A stretch of 64,000 nt of DNA. It comes from the human T2T-CHM13v2.0 reference genome, Homo sapiens. The notes beneath the pieces were generated by a model. That model saw only the letters and a list, made by a program, of their open reading frames with translations. It was not told the DNA's origin and did not search any database. The stretch lies in the NCBI RefSeq assembly GCF_009914755.1, contig NC_060941.1; one strand, 5' to 3'. A program made the translations under genes and the position numbers. Of this stretch, positions 1 to 11,489 are shown one piece after another; positions within the stretch are counted from its first letter, which is position 1, and the number at the start of each line of letters is the position of its first letter.

Positions 1-324
1 CCTGAGCTGTGAATTGCCCTGACTCTTCATTTCTCACTCTGACTCTCTGCAGCATCTGTCTGCTTCTCAGAACACTTGCTTCCCTTGGCTTCTGTGACCT
101 CCTTCCTCTCCAGGTTTGCCACCTGCTTTCTAAATGTTCCTTCTGGGCTCCCTTCCTCCCTTTAACCTCTCACTGTTAGCCTTACTCATGGTTCTATATT
201 CAGCTGCCTTTCTTCTTCCCACTTCTCTCTCAATAGCCTGTCCCAGGAGGTGCTGCATTCACTCCTATGGCGTTATAATCAATAAGCTGATGATTTCAAA
301 ACCCTCAGCATTCTCTCTCTCTCT

Positions 325-610
325 TTTTGAGACACGGTCTTGCTATATTGCCCAGGCTGGAGTGCAGTGGTATAATCATGGCTCACTGCAGCCTTGAACT
401 CCTGGGCTCAAGCCATCCTCCCACCTCAGCTTCCTGTGTAGCTAGGACTACACATGTGCATAACCATGCCTGGCTAATTTTTAAATTTTTTTGTAGAGAG
501 GGACATCTCACTATCTTGCCTAGGCTGGTCTCAAACTCCTGGCCTCAAGTGATCCTCCCTCCTCAGCTTCCTAAAGTGCTGGGATTACAGGCATGAGCCA
601 CCATGCCCAG
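325..610 (-). mobile_element. AluJ-type SINE
   Basis: T-run followed by gagacacggtcttgct...ggattacaggcatgagccaccatgccc; reverse-oriented Alu dimer. Confidence 0.9.
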
Positions 611-1114
611 AACTCAGCTCTCTTAAACTTCCGACCAGCAAGGAAGCAACTAGACGGCTCTTTGTGGATGTCCAGCAGCCCTTCAAACTGAACACATTCC
701 AAAATGGAACCCTTGCTGCTTCTTCCTGTGTTCTCTGATTCAGTGAATAGCAGCAGAATCACTGAGTTAGAAATCTAGGTATCATCTTTGAGTCCTTCCT
801 GTCTCCTCCTTATCCTTCACATCAATCCCTAGGTTCTCTCGCTCTTATTTTCTTAATATCTCTCAAATCTGCCCAGCTTCATTCACCTGCATCAAAATCT
901 TTTAGTTTTAGCTATCATCATCCCTTACTTGGATCATTGCAACAGACTCCTGAGAAGTGTTCAGGCTCCAGACTCCAGAGAGCCCTTGCAGTCCCTACTC
1001 ATGTCCTTGCTTCATTAGAACCCAAAAGATAAAGTGTGCACTTGGTCACATCTCTTCCCTGCATGAGGCCATTCAGTAAATCCCCACAGCTATAAGACAA
1101 TTTAAACTTCTAAG

Positions 1115-1246
1115 GCAGGGGTTGGTAAGCTATGGCTCATGGGTTGAATCACCTGTTTTCATGCAGCATAAATGCTAAGAAATTTTTTACATTTTAAAAT
1201 TATTGAAAAAAAAAGTCAAAGAATGTGACACATGAAAATTATATGG
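1115..1246 (+). mobile_element. MER58B-like hAT-Charlie element, 5' part
   Basis: caggggttggtaagctatggc...gctaagaaatttttacattttaaa...gtgacacatgaaaattatatg resembles recalled MER58B 5' half; continues at ~4861. Confidence 0.7.
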
Positions 1247-1323
1247 ACCTTATCCAAAATATACAAAGAACTCTTAAGCTCAACAAGAGAACAAACAACT
1301 CAATTAAAAAATGGCTAAAATGG

Positions 1324-1634
<311 letters not shown>

Positions 1635-3006
1635 GATATTTTGAATCTGGTTCTGAGCTAAAGTTGAGTAAATTCTTAGCTAAGAAAAAATTGGAAATCC
1701 ATCATCTATATTAGCAACAGATTCTCAGAGTAAATTGTTAACTTCTATGATTTCTGATAATCGAGCTGGACTTGATCATACAAGTTAGTCTAATAATGTA
1801 TTCAACCAAAATATAGACTTTATTGGTCTGATTCAGAAGCATTCATGCTCACAAGCTTTGGGAAAGTGAAAAATAATAAAATCATTTTGGATTAAAAAAG
1901 AAATGGCCAAAGACCTAAACAGACACCACCTCAGAGAAGACTCACAGATGGCAAATAAGCACAAAAAAAGATGCTTACCAGCATATGCCATTAGGGAACT
2001 ATAAATTAAAACAAGGAGGAACCACTACACATTTAACAGGATGCCTAAAATCCAAAGCACTGACAAATGCTGGCAAGGATGTAGAGCAACAGGAGCTCTC
2101 ATTCATTGCTGGTGGGAATGCAAGATGGTACAGGGTACACCTACTTTAGAATCCAGTTTGGCAATTTTTTTTTACAAAGCAAAAGGTACTTTTGCCATGT
2201 GATCCAGAAATTGAACTTCTTGCTATTTACTCAGAGAAGTTGCACATGGATGTTTATAGCAGCTTTATTCATAATTGCCAACACTTGGAAGCAAACGAGA
2301 TGTCCTTTAGTAAATATGGATAAATTGTGGTACATCTATACAGTGGAATATTATTCAGTAATAAAAAGAAATGAGCTATCCAGTCACAAAAAGACAAGGA
2401 GGAATCTTAATTGCATGTTACTAAGTGAAGCAGTCAGTCTAAAAAGGCTACATAGTGTATGCTTCCAACTATGTGGCATTCTGCAAAAAGCAAACATATG
2501 GAGACAGAATATACAGAATATATAAGGAGCTTGAACAACTATATAGGAAAAAATCTAATAATCCAATTTAAATATGGGCAAAAGATCTGAATAGACATTT
2601 CTCAAAAGAAGACATGCAAATGGCAAACAGGCATATGACAAGATGTTCAACATCACTGATCATCAGAGAAACGCAGATCAAAACTACAATGAGGTATCAT
2701 AGCACCCCAGTTAAAATGGCTTTTATCCAAAAGACAGGCCATAACAAATGCTGGCAAGGATGTGCAGAAAAGGGAAACTTTGTACTCTGTTGGTGGGAAT
2801 GTCAATTAGTACAACCACTAGGAAGAACAGTTTGGAGGTTCCTCAGAAAGCTAATAATAAAGCTACCATATTATCCAGCAATCCCACTGCTAGGTACATA
2901 CCCCAAAGAAAGGAAATCAGTATATCAAAGAGATATCTGCACTCCCATATTTACTGTAGCATTATTCACAATAGCCATGATTTGGAAGCAACCCAAATGT
3001 CTGTCA

Positions 3007-3463
<457 letters not shown>

Positions 3464-3870
3464 TCACTTATTTGTGGGAGCTAAAAATTAGAACAACTGG
3501 ACTGATGGAGATAGAGAGCAGAAGGATGGTTACCAGTGGCTGGGAAGTGTAGCGGTGGAGGGTGGAGGGGATGTAAGGATGGTTAATGGGTAAAAACTAG
3601 TTAGAAAGGATGAATAAGACATAGTATTTGATAGCACAATAGTAAAAAATAATTTAATTGTACATTTAAAAATAATTAAAAGAGTATAATTGTAAAGGAT
3701 AAATGCTTTGAGGTGATGGATACCCCAGTTACCCTGATGTGATTATTACCCATTGTATGCCTGTATCAAAATATCCCATATACCCCATAAATACATACAC
3801 CTTCTATGTACCCACACAAATAAAAAATAGAGAGAAAAACATAGGGAGAAAGTATAGAAATTCAGTGGTT

Positions 3871-4175
3871 GGACAGGCGTGGTGGCTCACATCTGTAATC
3901 CCAGTAATTTGGGAGGCCAAGGCAGGCCTTCTTGAGCCCAGAAGTTCAAGACTAGCCTGGGCAATGTGGCAAAACCCTGTTTCTACCCCCCAAAATACAA
4001 AAACTAGCTGAGCATGGTGGTGTGCACCTGTAGTCCCAGCTACTTGGGAGGCTGAGGTGGGAGGATGGCTTGAGCCCGGAGGTTGCAGTGAGCTAAGATC
4101 ATGCCACTGCACTCCAGCTTAGGTGGCAGAGCCAGACTCTGTCTCAAAAAATATATATGTAGATAATAAAATAAA
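3871..4175 (+). mobile_element. AluJ SINE
   Basis: Alu dimer, TSD tcagtggtt. Confidence 0.85.
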
Positions 4176-4385
4176 ACGAAAATCAGTGGTTATCAGGGCC
4201 TTAGGGGAAGGAGAGAGGGATAAACAGTGGACCACAGGGGATATTTGTGGCAGTGAATCTCTTCCACAGGATGCTGTAATGGTAGATGTAAATGTAATTA
4301 CACATTTATCAAAACTCATAGAATATACAACAGAAAGAGTGAACTCTAATGTAAACTATGGACTTCAGTTAATAATAATGTATCA

Positions 4386-4685
4386 GGCCAGGTGAGGTGG
4401 CTCAGGCTTGTAATCCTAGCACTTTGGGAGGCCCAAGTGGATGGACTGCTTGAGCTCAGGAGTTTGAGACCAGCCTGGGCAACATAGTGAGACCCTGACT
4501 CTACAAAAAATACAAAAATTAGCTGGGCGTGGTGGTGTATGCCGGTAGTCTCAGCTACTCAGGAAGCTGGGATAGGAGACTGGCTTGAGCCCAGGAGATG
4601 GGAGGTTGCAGTGAGCTGAGATTGAGATTGTGCCACTGCACTCCAGCCTGGGTAACAGAGCCAGATCCTGTTTCACACACACAGA
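4386..4685 (+). mobile_element. AluJ SINE
   Basis: Alu dimer, TSD gtatca. Confidence 0.85.
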
Positions 4686-4860
4686 AGTATCAACATTGGC
4701 TCTTCAAGTATAACAAATGTACCACACGAATGCAAGATGTCAATATAAGGGAAAACCATGTATGGAGGGTTGATGAGGTGGTATCTGGGAACTCTCTGTA
4801 TTTTCTGCCAATTTTTTTGTAAACCTAGAATTGCTAAAACCAAAAGTCTATTAATTAGGA

Positions 4861-5030
4861 TAATTACATCAATTTCAAATTCAGTGTTCATAAATTTTTA
4901 TCAGAAGACATCCACGCCCATTCATTTACATATTGCCTATGGCCACTTTTGTGATACAATAACCAAACTGAGAAGTTGCCACAGTGCCCAGATGGCTTAC
5001 AACATCTAAAGCATTTACTATCTGCCCCTC
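4861..5030 (+). mobile_element. MER58B-like element, 3' part
   Basis: tcaaattcagtgttcataaa...cattcatttacatattgcctatggc...atttactatctgccc resembles MER58B 3' half. Confidence 0.7.
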
Positions 5031-5337
5031 CCCCCTACCACAGGCCACTGATCACTCTTCCAGCCTCACACCATCTTCCATCTTATCCTTAGGCCATCTT
5101 GAAAAATATTTTCCTTAGAAATCCATGCTCTCTTGCCCATTAGTTCCTCTACCTGAAATACCAGGCAGGACTAACTGGGTACCATTATATCCCAGACACC
5201 TTTTTTTGGCTGGCTTTTTCTGATCACTGATGCCTGAGTTAGATGCCCTTTCAATGTACCCCCCCAATCCCACCCCCATAATTTGGCCATTTTATTGAAA
5301 GAACTCATGTTATTGCTGGCCCCTTCAGACTGTGAAA

Positions 5338-5636
<299 letters not shown>

Positions 5637-6076
5637 CAGACTGTGAACTTTTAAGTTTGAGGTCATGGCTTATTTATCTCTGCATGCCTGTTACCTAGTA
5701 CCTGCTAGTATCCACTAGTGTGGATGATCAGGAATCATTTTATAAGGGATTCTAAACTTGGAGTCCATACATGGATGGGCTTCAGGATCTGTGACCACCT
5801 TGAAATGGGATGAAAAAGGCTGTGTGTGTATGTTTGTTTGGGCTTATTTCCTGGGGAGAAAGCCCATTGTTTTCATGAGCTTCTCAAAGGGAACCATGAC
5901 CAGCCTCCAGCAAAGAAAAAAATGAAGAATTCCTGGAAGAGTATAGGTACATGATCAGTACAGTGCCAACCTGGATACATTAACAAGATTTGTTGACTTT
6001 GTCAGATTGACAAAAACAAAGAAAGTTACTGATCCTAGTCAACGATCATACCATCCATGACACAAAGATCTGTGTG

Positions 6077-6572
6077 ACAATAGCAAAGACATAGAATCAA
6101 CCCAAATGCCCATCAATGATAGACTGGATAAAGAAAATGTGGTACATATACACTGTGGAATGCTATGCAGCCATAAAAAGGAATGAGATCGTGTCCTTTG
6201 CAGGGATGTGGATGGAGCTGGAAGCTATTATCTTCAGCAAACTAACACAGGAACAGAAAACCAAACACCTTATGTTCTCACTTACAAGTGGGAGCTGAAC
6301 AATGAGAACACATGGACACAGGGAGCAGAACAACACACACTGGGGCCTGTTGGGGAGGCAGGGAGGGGGAGAATCAGCTAATGCGTGTGGGTCTTAATAC
6401 CTAGGTGATGAGCTGATAGGTGCAGCAAACCACCATGGCACACGTTTATCTATGTACAAACCTGCACGTTCTTCTGCACATGTATCCCGAACTTAAATTA
6501 AATTAAAAAACAAACAAACATACATACATCTGAAAAACAGGAAACCACTATCTTTTCACATTAAAAAAAAAA
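6077..6572 (+). mobile_element. 5'-truncated primate L1 (L1PA-type) 3' end
   Basis: ORF2 C-terminus MIDWIKKMWYIYTVE...MFSLTSGS, L1PA 3'UTR, 13-bp TSD AAAGATCTGTGTG (6064-6076, 6570-6582). Confidence 0.9.
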
Positions 6573-6737
6573 GATCTGTGTGGGTGACTGACTCATCCCT
6601 ATTTTTTAAAGCCTCAAATCCATGACAAAAGGTCAGCCTTGTTTAAAAACAGCTTAGGCCTAGGAGATTAGTATTCAAAGGAAGAACATTTTAGAAGAGA
6701 TTCATACAAATATCTGGACTTCACTGAATACATGCTT

Positions 6738-7035
6738 GTGATAATTAATTTTGTGTCAACTTGGGTAGGCCATGCTACCCAGTTATTGGTCAAACACAAG
6801 TCTAGATGTTGCTGTGAATGTATTTTTTTTTTGTACATGCGATTATCATTTAAGTCAATAGACATTGAGTAAAGCAGATTACTCTCTTTAATGTTTGTGG
6901 GCCTCACTCAGTTGAAGGTCTTAAGAGAAAAGACTGAGGTTCCCTGAGGAAGAAGGAGTTCTGCCTTGGACTTGAGACTGCAGCATCAACTCTTCCTTGG
7001 GTCTAGGCTGCTGACCTGCCCTGCAGATTTTGGAC
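6738..7035 (+). mobile_element. MLT2-family (ERVL) LTR fragment
   Basis: tgtgataattaattttgtgtcaacttgggtaggc...tctagatgttgctgtga typical MLT2C/D start. Confidence 0.7.
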
Positions 7036-7545
7036 TGTATATACCCAAAGAAATACAAATCATTGTATCATAAAGACACATGCATGCTTATGTTCATTGT
7101 AGCACTATTCACAATAGCAAAGACATGGAATCAACCTAAATGCCCATCAGTGGTAGTCTGGATAAAGAAAATGTGGTACATATACACCATGGAATACTAT
7201 TCAGTGATAAAAAGAATCAAATCATGTCTTTCGCAGCAACATAGATACAGCTGGAGGCCATTCTCCTACGCATATTAACACAGGAATAGAAAACTACCGC
7301 ATGTTCTCACTTATAAGTGGGAGCTAAACATTGATTACTCAAGGACATAAAGATGGCAGCAATAGATACCTGGAACTACTAGAAGGGGGAGTCGGGGAGC
7401 AAGGATTTAAAAACTATTGGGTACTATGCTCACTACCTGGGTGATGGGATCACTTGTACCCAAATCCTTAGCATCACACAATATACCCAGGTAACAAACC
7501 TGCACCTGTACCCCTGAATCTAAAATAAAAGTTGAATGAATAAGT
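7036..7545 (+). mobile_element. L1PA/L1PB 3' end
   Basis: YHKDTCMLMFIVALFTIAKTWNQPKCPS; 3'UTR ending gaatctaaaataaaagttgaa. Confidence 0.85.
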
Positions 7546-8040
7546 AAATATGCTATTTTTGATGAAGATATGTTTTAGATTAAGATATTTTTACTTGGAA
7601 CGCTTTAGTGTTAGATCCAAGTTTGCCACCCTTCTGGTTTCTTGGTTAATATTTTCAATTAATGCTCAAGATAAACACCCCTCCTTAGTTTAAATGAGCA
7701 TTTGCCAGTGAGAAAAGTAGGAAGACATTTTGGCATTCGGGTGTTTGCTGGAATTAGTTATGTCTGAAACCACAACTTTGGGTCTCCTAGGAAGTATAAG
7801 TACTCAGTACCATTGTACACCATAAGTAGGTGGTGATGGACTTTGAAATTGGAAATACGTGGATCTGTGTTTAGCCAATGGAAACTTTAGGTGCAAGAAC
7901 CACCAAGAAATGGACCACCAAAGTATTCCTTCCTTTCACGTTTTAGCTTTCTTAATTCTATTTCTGCTTATCACTCATGTTTATTTTGCTTTTATGGTTT
8001 TTGGTATTGTTTCACAAGCATTGTAACAGCAATTATGCAA

Positions 8041-8311
8041 TTTCTTTTTCGTTTTTTGAGTGGGAAGGTCTTGCTGTGTGGCCAGGGCTGCAGTGCAGTG
8101 GTGCGATCATGGCTCACTGCAGCCTTGACCTCCTGGGCTAAAGCAATCCTCCCAGTACATGCGTGGGTCACCACATCTGGCTAATTTTTAAAATTTTTTT
8201 GTAGAGACGGCGGTCTCACTGTGTTGCCCAGGCTGGTCTTGAACTCCTGGGCCCAAGGAAGCCTCCAGCCTGGGCCTCCTAGAGTGATGGGATTACAGAT
8301 GTTAGCCACCA
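8041..8311 (-). mobile_element. AluJ SINE
   Basis: Diverged reverse Alu dimer. Confidence 0.85.
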
Positions 8312-8996
8312 GTTAAACAGGAAAATTTACTTATAATCCCACTACTCTAGAAACATATTTTTAAACTGAGTTTCTCAAGGACACAGTCCAAAGGAAAGGC
8401 TAACAGACCTTTGAATCAAGGGCAGAAGGCCTCTGGAGAAGGGAAACCATACAGAAACTACAGTGGAACAAATGTCATTTCTGAAACATAATTTACGAAT
8501 ACCAACAAGTTGGTATTCTCACAGTGGCACAGTGGCACTGAAAGAACATTTGCACCATTTGGAAAGCACTGAGGCTATTTAGTTTTTCAGAACAGCTGTC
8601 TCACTGAACTTTCCCCGGGCTCAACTGTCTACTGCCCATTTCCCTTTATGTCTCCTAAAGCCCCAGCATATGAGGATTTGGCACCTAGAACAAGGTTGAG
8701 TGTGACTGACACAGGAAATGGCCCGTGGCTGGACTGGCGCCTGCATGCAGCTGAATGGGGACACACAGCCAGGACTCAGCAAGGAAGCAGCTGTCACTCA
8801 AAGTGCTCAGCTCAATGTCAGCAGCTTGCTTGTTTCCTTATTCTTAGTGTCTTAACTGCACTTGGAAGGTAACACTAATGGTGGGACATAGTGTCACTCT
8901 GACTTAACCTTGTAGTTTGGGTAGCTCTGCAGGAAGAGGGAGAAATGGGAAGTAAATTAACATTCATTTAATATATCCCCCACTGTACTGAACACC

Positions 8997-9010
8997 ATAT
9001 ATATATATGT

Positions 9011-9054
<44 letters not shown>

Positions 9055-9060
9055 ATCTAT
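8997..9060. repeat. (TA)n/(GA)n compound microsatellite
   Basis: atatatatat followed by about 18 GA units. Confidence 0.95.
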
Positions 9061-9064
9061 TCTG

Positions 9065-9280
9065 CAATGGAGAGTGATTAAGATCACTGCCTGGGTTTAA
9101 GCCATGTTAGCTGTGTGGCCATGGGCAAGTCACTTAACTTCTCCATGTCTCATGTTTTTTTCTGTAACAATAACAATATTACCTATGTTAAGAGTTACTA
9201 TGAGGATTAAATTAATTATGTGTAAAGCCCTTAGATCAGTGCTTGGAACACAGTAAGTGCTATACGTGTGTTTGCTGTTA
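9065..9280 (+). mobile_element. MIR SINE
   Basis: gggcaagtcacttaacttctccatgtctc...gaggattaaatt...gcttggaacacagtaagtgct. Confidence 0.8.
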
Positions 9281-9773
9281 TACCCTTAGTAGTTAACTTC
9301 AACAAAGTCCTGTTCATCCTTTTATGACCGAGGAAACGGACACCCATGGAGATTAAGTCAATTACCGGACATGGCAGAGCCTGAAACCAAACTCAGATTT
9401 ACCTGACTGCAATATTTTCTTCCCATAACATGACCGGGCCTGCTCAATGCTATCAAATTCCCTCTGCTGCTTGCCAGCGTAGGGTTCAGTTTATCAACCC
9501 TTCTTTGTACTGTCAAGAGTGAAATCCTATCTGACTGAGGCTCTTTTATCCCCATTTCTGATCAACCCTGGAGAAGGGCCAATGGTCAACATTTGGGGAG
9601 TCAGTGAAAGGAGAAACTTCCCTTTTCCATTCCCCCCTGTAAGCCTGATTGCCCTTTTGATATCGCCTATGTATCCCTATCAGAAGGCAGTGAATAACAT
9701 AACTAAATAAATCATCTGATGGACAGTACCCTTAGAGCCTGGTGGATTTGGGGGAGCAGTCGGCCTCCGAGGG

Positions 9774-9945
9774 CAGCGCTGCCCAATAGGAATATAATGG
9801 GAGCCATCTGTGTAACTTTAAACTTTTTAATAGCTACACTAAGAATTAAAAAACAAAAGTGAAATTAACTTTAATATTTTACCTAATATATCAAAAATAT
9901 TATCATTTCAATCTGGAATCAATATAAACACTATTGAGCTACTTT
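9774..9945. mobile_element. MER3/MER33-like hAT-Charlie fragment
   Basis: cagcgctgcccaataggaatataatg...tatcaaaaatattatcatttcaa. Confidence 0.6.
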
Positions 9946-10829
9946 TTTGTATTGTGTTGAGTTCATGATTTACTTTAAACATACAGCCCTTGAAGTATAT
10001 ACAATGTTACTACAACAGCTCCTGGACACTTGCATATGTGTGTATTTTGCTTTTTTGTATTGTGTTGAATCCATTATGAATTTTAAGCACACGGCCCTAG
10101 AAATATATACAATGCTACTAAAGCAGCCCCTAGCCAGACACTTGGACATGTTTCCTTGATGGGCCTTCTTTATTGAGTTACAGACTTGATGTGTCTAAAA
10201 TTGTACCGTCTCCCTTTTCTTCCTCCTTAGACAGATACTCTGATGGAAAAAAAAAATGGCTGAAAGAGTAAAGTCGCTTTTCCTCCGAATTTTCCCCATT
10301 AGTGCAGCTTGTCTGGACAGCTGCGATTTCTTGTTGGGTCACAGGGCATTTTTGACAATCTGCACGCTCTGCACTTCTCCCTCTGTGAGGTCAGGAGTGA
10401 TGGGGGGGCACTTCAGGTTCTAGAAGGACTCAGGCCTCCTCTTGGACCCTGACAAAGTCCTTTCCCGTGCCTGGTTTCCACAGGGACGGTGTTGCCTGCA
10501 CAGACGACAGCACCCCCGGCGGGGAGAGCGGCCCCAGCGGAGACTCGGCAGGGCTCAGGTTTCCTGGACCGGATGACTGACCTGAGCCCGGGGCCCGGGC
10601 GGCGCTGGCCGGGCACAGGATGCGCGGCCCGGAGAGCGCATCCCGGCCATCCGCCCGCGCTCGGCCCCGCAGCGCAGCTGCTGCAGATCCGCGGGGGCCG
10701 CCACCTCCTCCGGGGGCTGGCAGCGACAGGACTCTCCCCGCCCCGGCCCGGGGCCCTCCCTTGCAGGGGCTGCGGGGAGGAGTCGCCCACCTGTCATCTG
10801 AGACGCCCCACGTGGGTCGGCCAGGGAGG

Positions 10830-10996
10830 GGGTGGAAAGGAGGGAGAAAAGGCAGAGGCGTCAAGGGAGGCCGGAGGGAGAGTGGGGTGGACAGAGGAGC
10901 GGAGGGACGAGAGGGAAGCGCACGATAGCTGCGCGGAGAGAGAGCGAAGAGCAGGCGGAGGAACAAAGGCGACCCAAGACACCCAGAGAGGGACAG
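10830..10996 (+). other. PRKAR1A: PRKAR1A non-coding exon 1A (5' boundary approximate)
   Basis: Strong donor CAG|gtaagg at 10996/10997 (second CAG|gtgagc at 11010/11011); known alternative leader exons 1a/1b. Confidence 0.65.
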
Positions 10997-11196
10997 GTAA
11001 GGAGGGGCAGGTGAGCAGGAAGGAGGAGAGAACCGGGCTAGGGAGACTGCGGAAAGGAGAAGTGGCGGGCGTGAGGAAACTGCTGTGGATAAGGGACGAG
11101 TAAGATGGAAAGAATGGCGGAAGACGAACGACCGCAGAGTGAGGGTCCTTCCAAGAGCGACCAGGGGGGAGGAACTGGGGCTGTTGCGCCCTTAAG

Positions 11197-11210
11197 GTTG
11201 CTAAGGCGAC
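11197..11210. promoter_or_regulatory. RFX X-box-like imperfect palindrome GTTGCTAAGGCGAC
   Basis: Resembles the RFX consensus GTTGCCATGGCAAC. Confidence 0.55.
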
Positions 11211-11234
11211 GGTTCTGGCCAGAGCGAGGCGCAT

Positions 11235-11242
11235 TGACGTCA
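11235..11242. promoter_or_regulatory. Full palindromic CRE TGACGTCA
   Basis: Exact consensus immediately upstream of exon 1B. Confidence 0.85.
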
Positions 11243-11254
11243 GTAGCCGAACGC

Positions 11255-11263
11255 TGATTGGCT
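11255..11263 (-). promoter_or_regulatory. Inverted CCAAT (NF-Y) box
   Basis: tgATTGGct, ATTGG at 11257-11261. Confidence 0.7.
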
Positions 11264-11280
11264 GCGGCCAGGCCGTTTCC

Positions 11281-11402
11281 GGTGGAGCTGTCGCCTAGCC
11301 GCTATCGCAGAGTGGAGCGGGGCTGGGAGCAAAGCGCTGAGGGAGCTCGGTACGCCGCCGCCTCGCACCCGCAGCCTCGCGCCCGCCGCCGCCCGTCCCC
11401 AG
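11281..11402 (+). other. PRKAR1A: PRKAR1A non-coding exon 1B (TSS approximate)
   Basis: Consensus donor CAG|gtgagt at 11402/11403; alternative donor GAG|gtgagc at 11433/11434; matches the recalled mRNA leader. Confidence 0.85.
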
Positions 11403-11479
11403 GTGAGTGGGGTCGGCCGGGGGCTCAGGCGAGGTGAGCTTCGTCGCTTCGCAGCCGGTTTGCGGGAGCTGGACCGATC

Positions 11480-11489
11480 CAAGATGGCG
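11480..11489 (+). promoter_or_regulatory. YY1 motif CAAGATGGCG
   Basis: Exact YY1 consensus just downstream of exon 1B. Confidence 0.6.
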
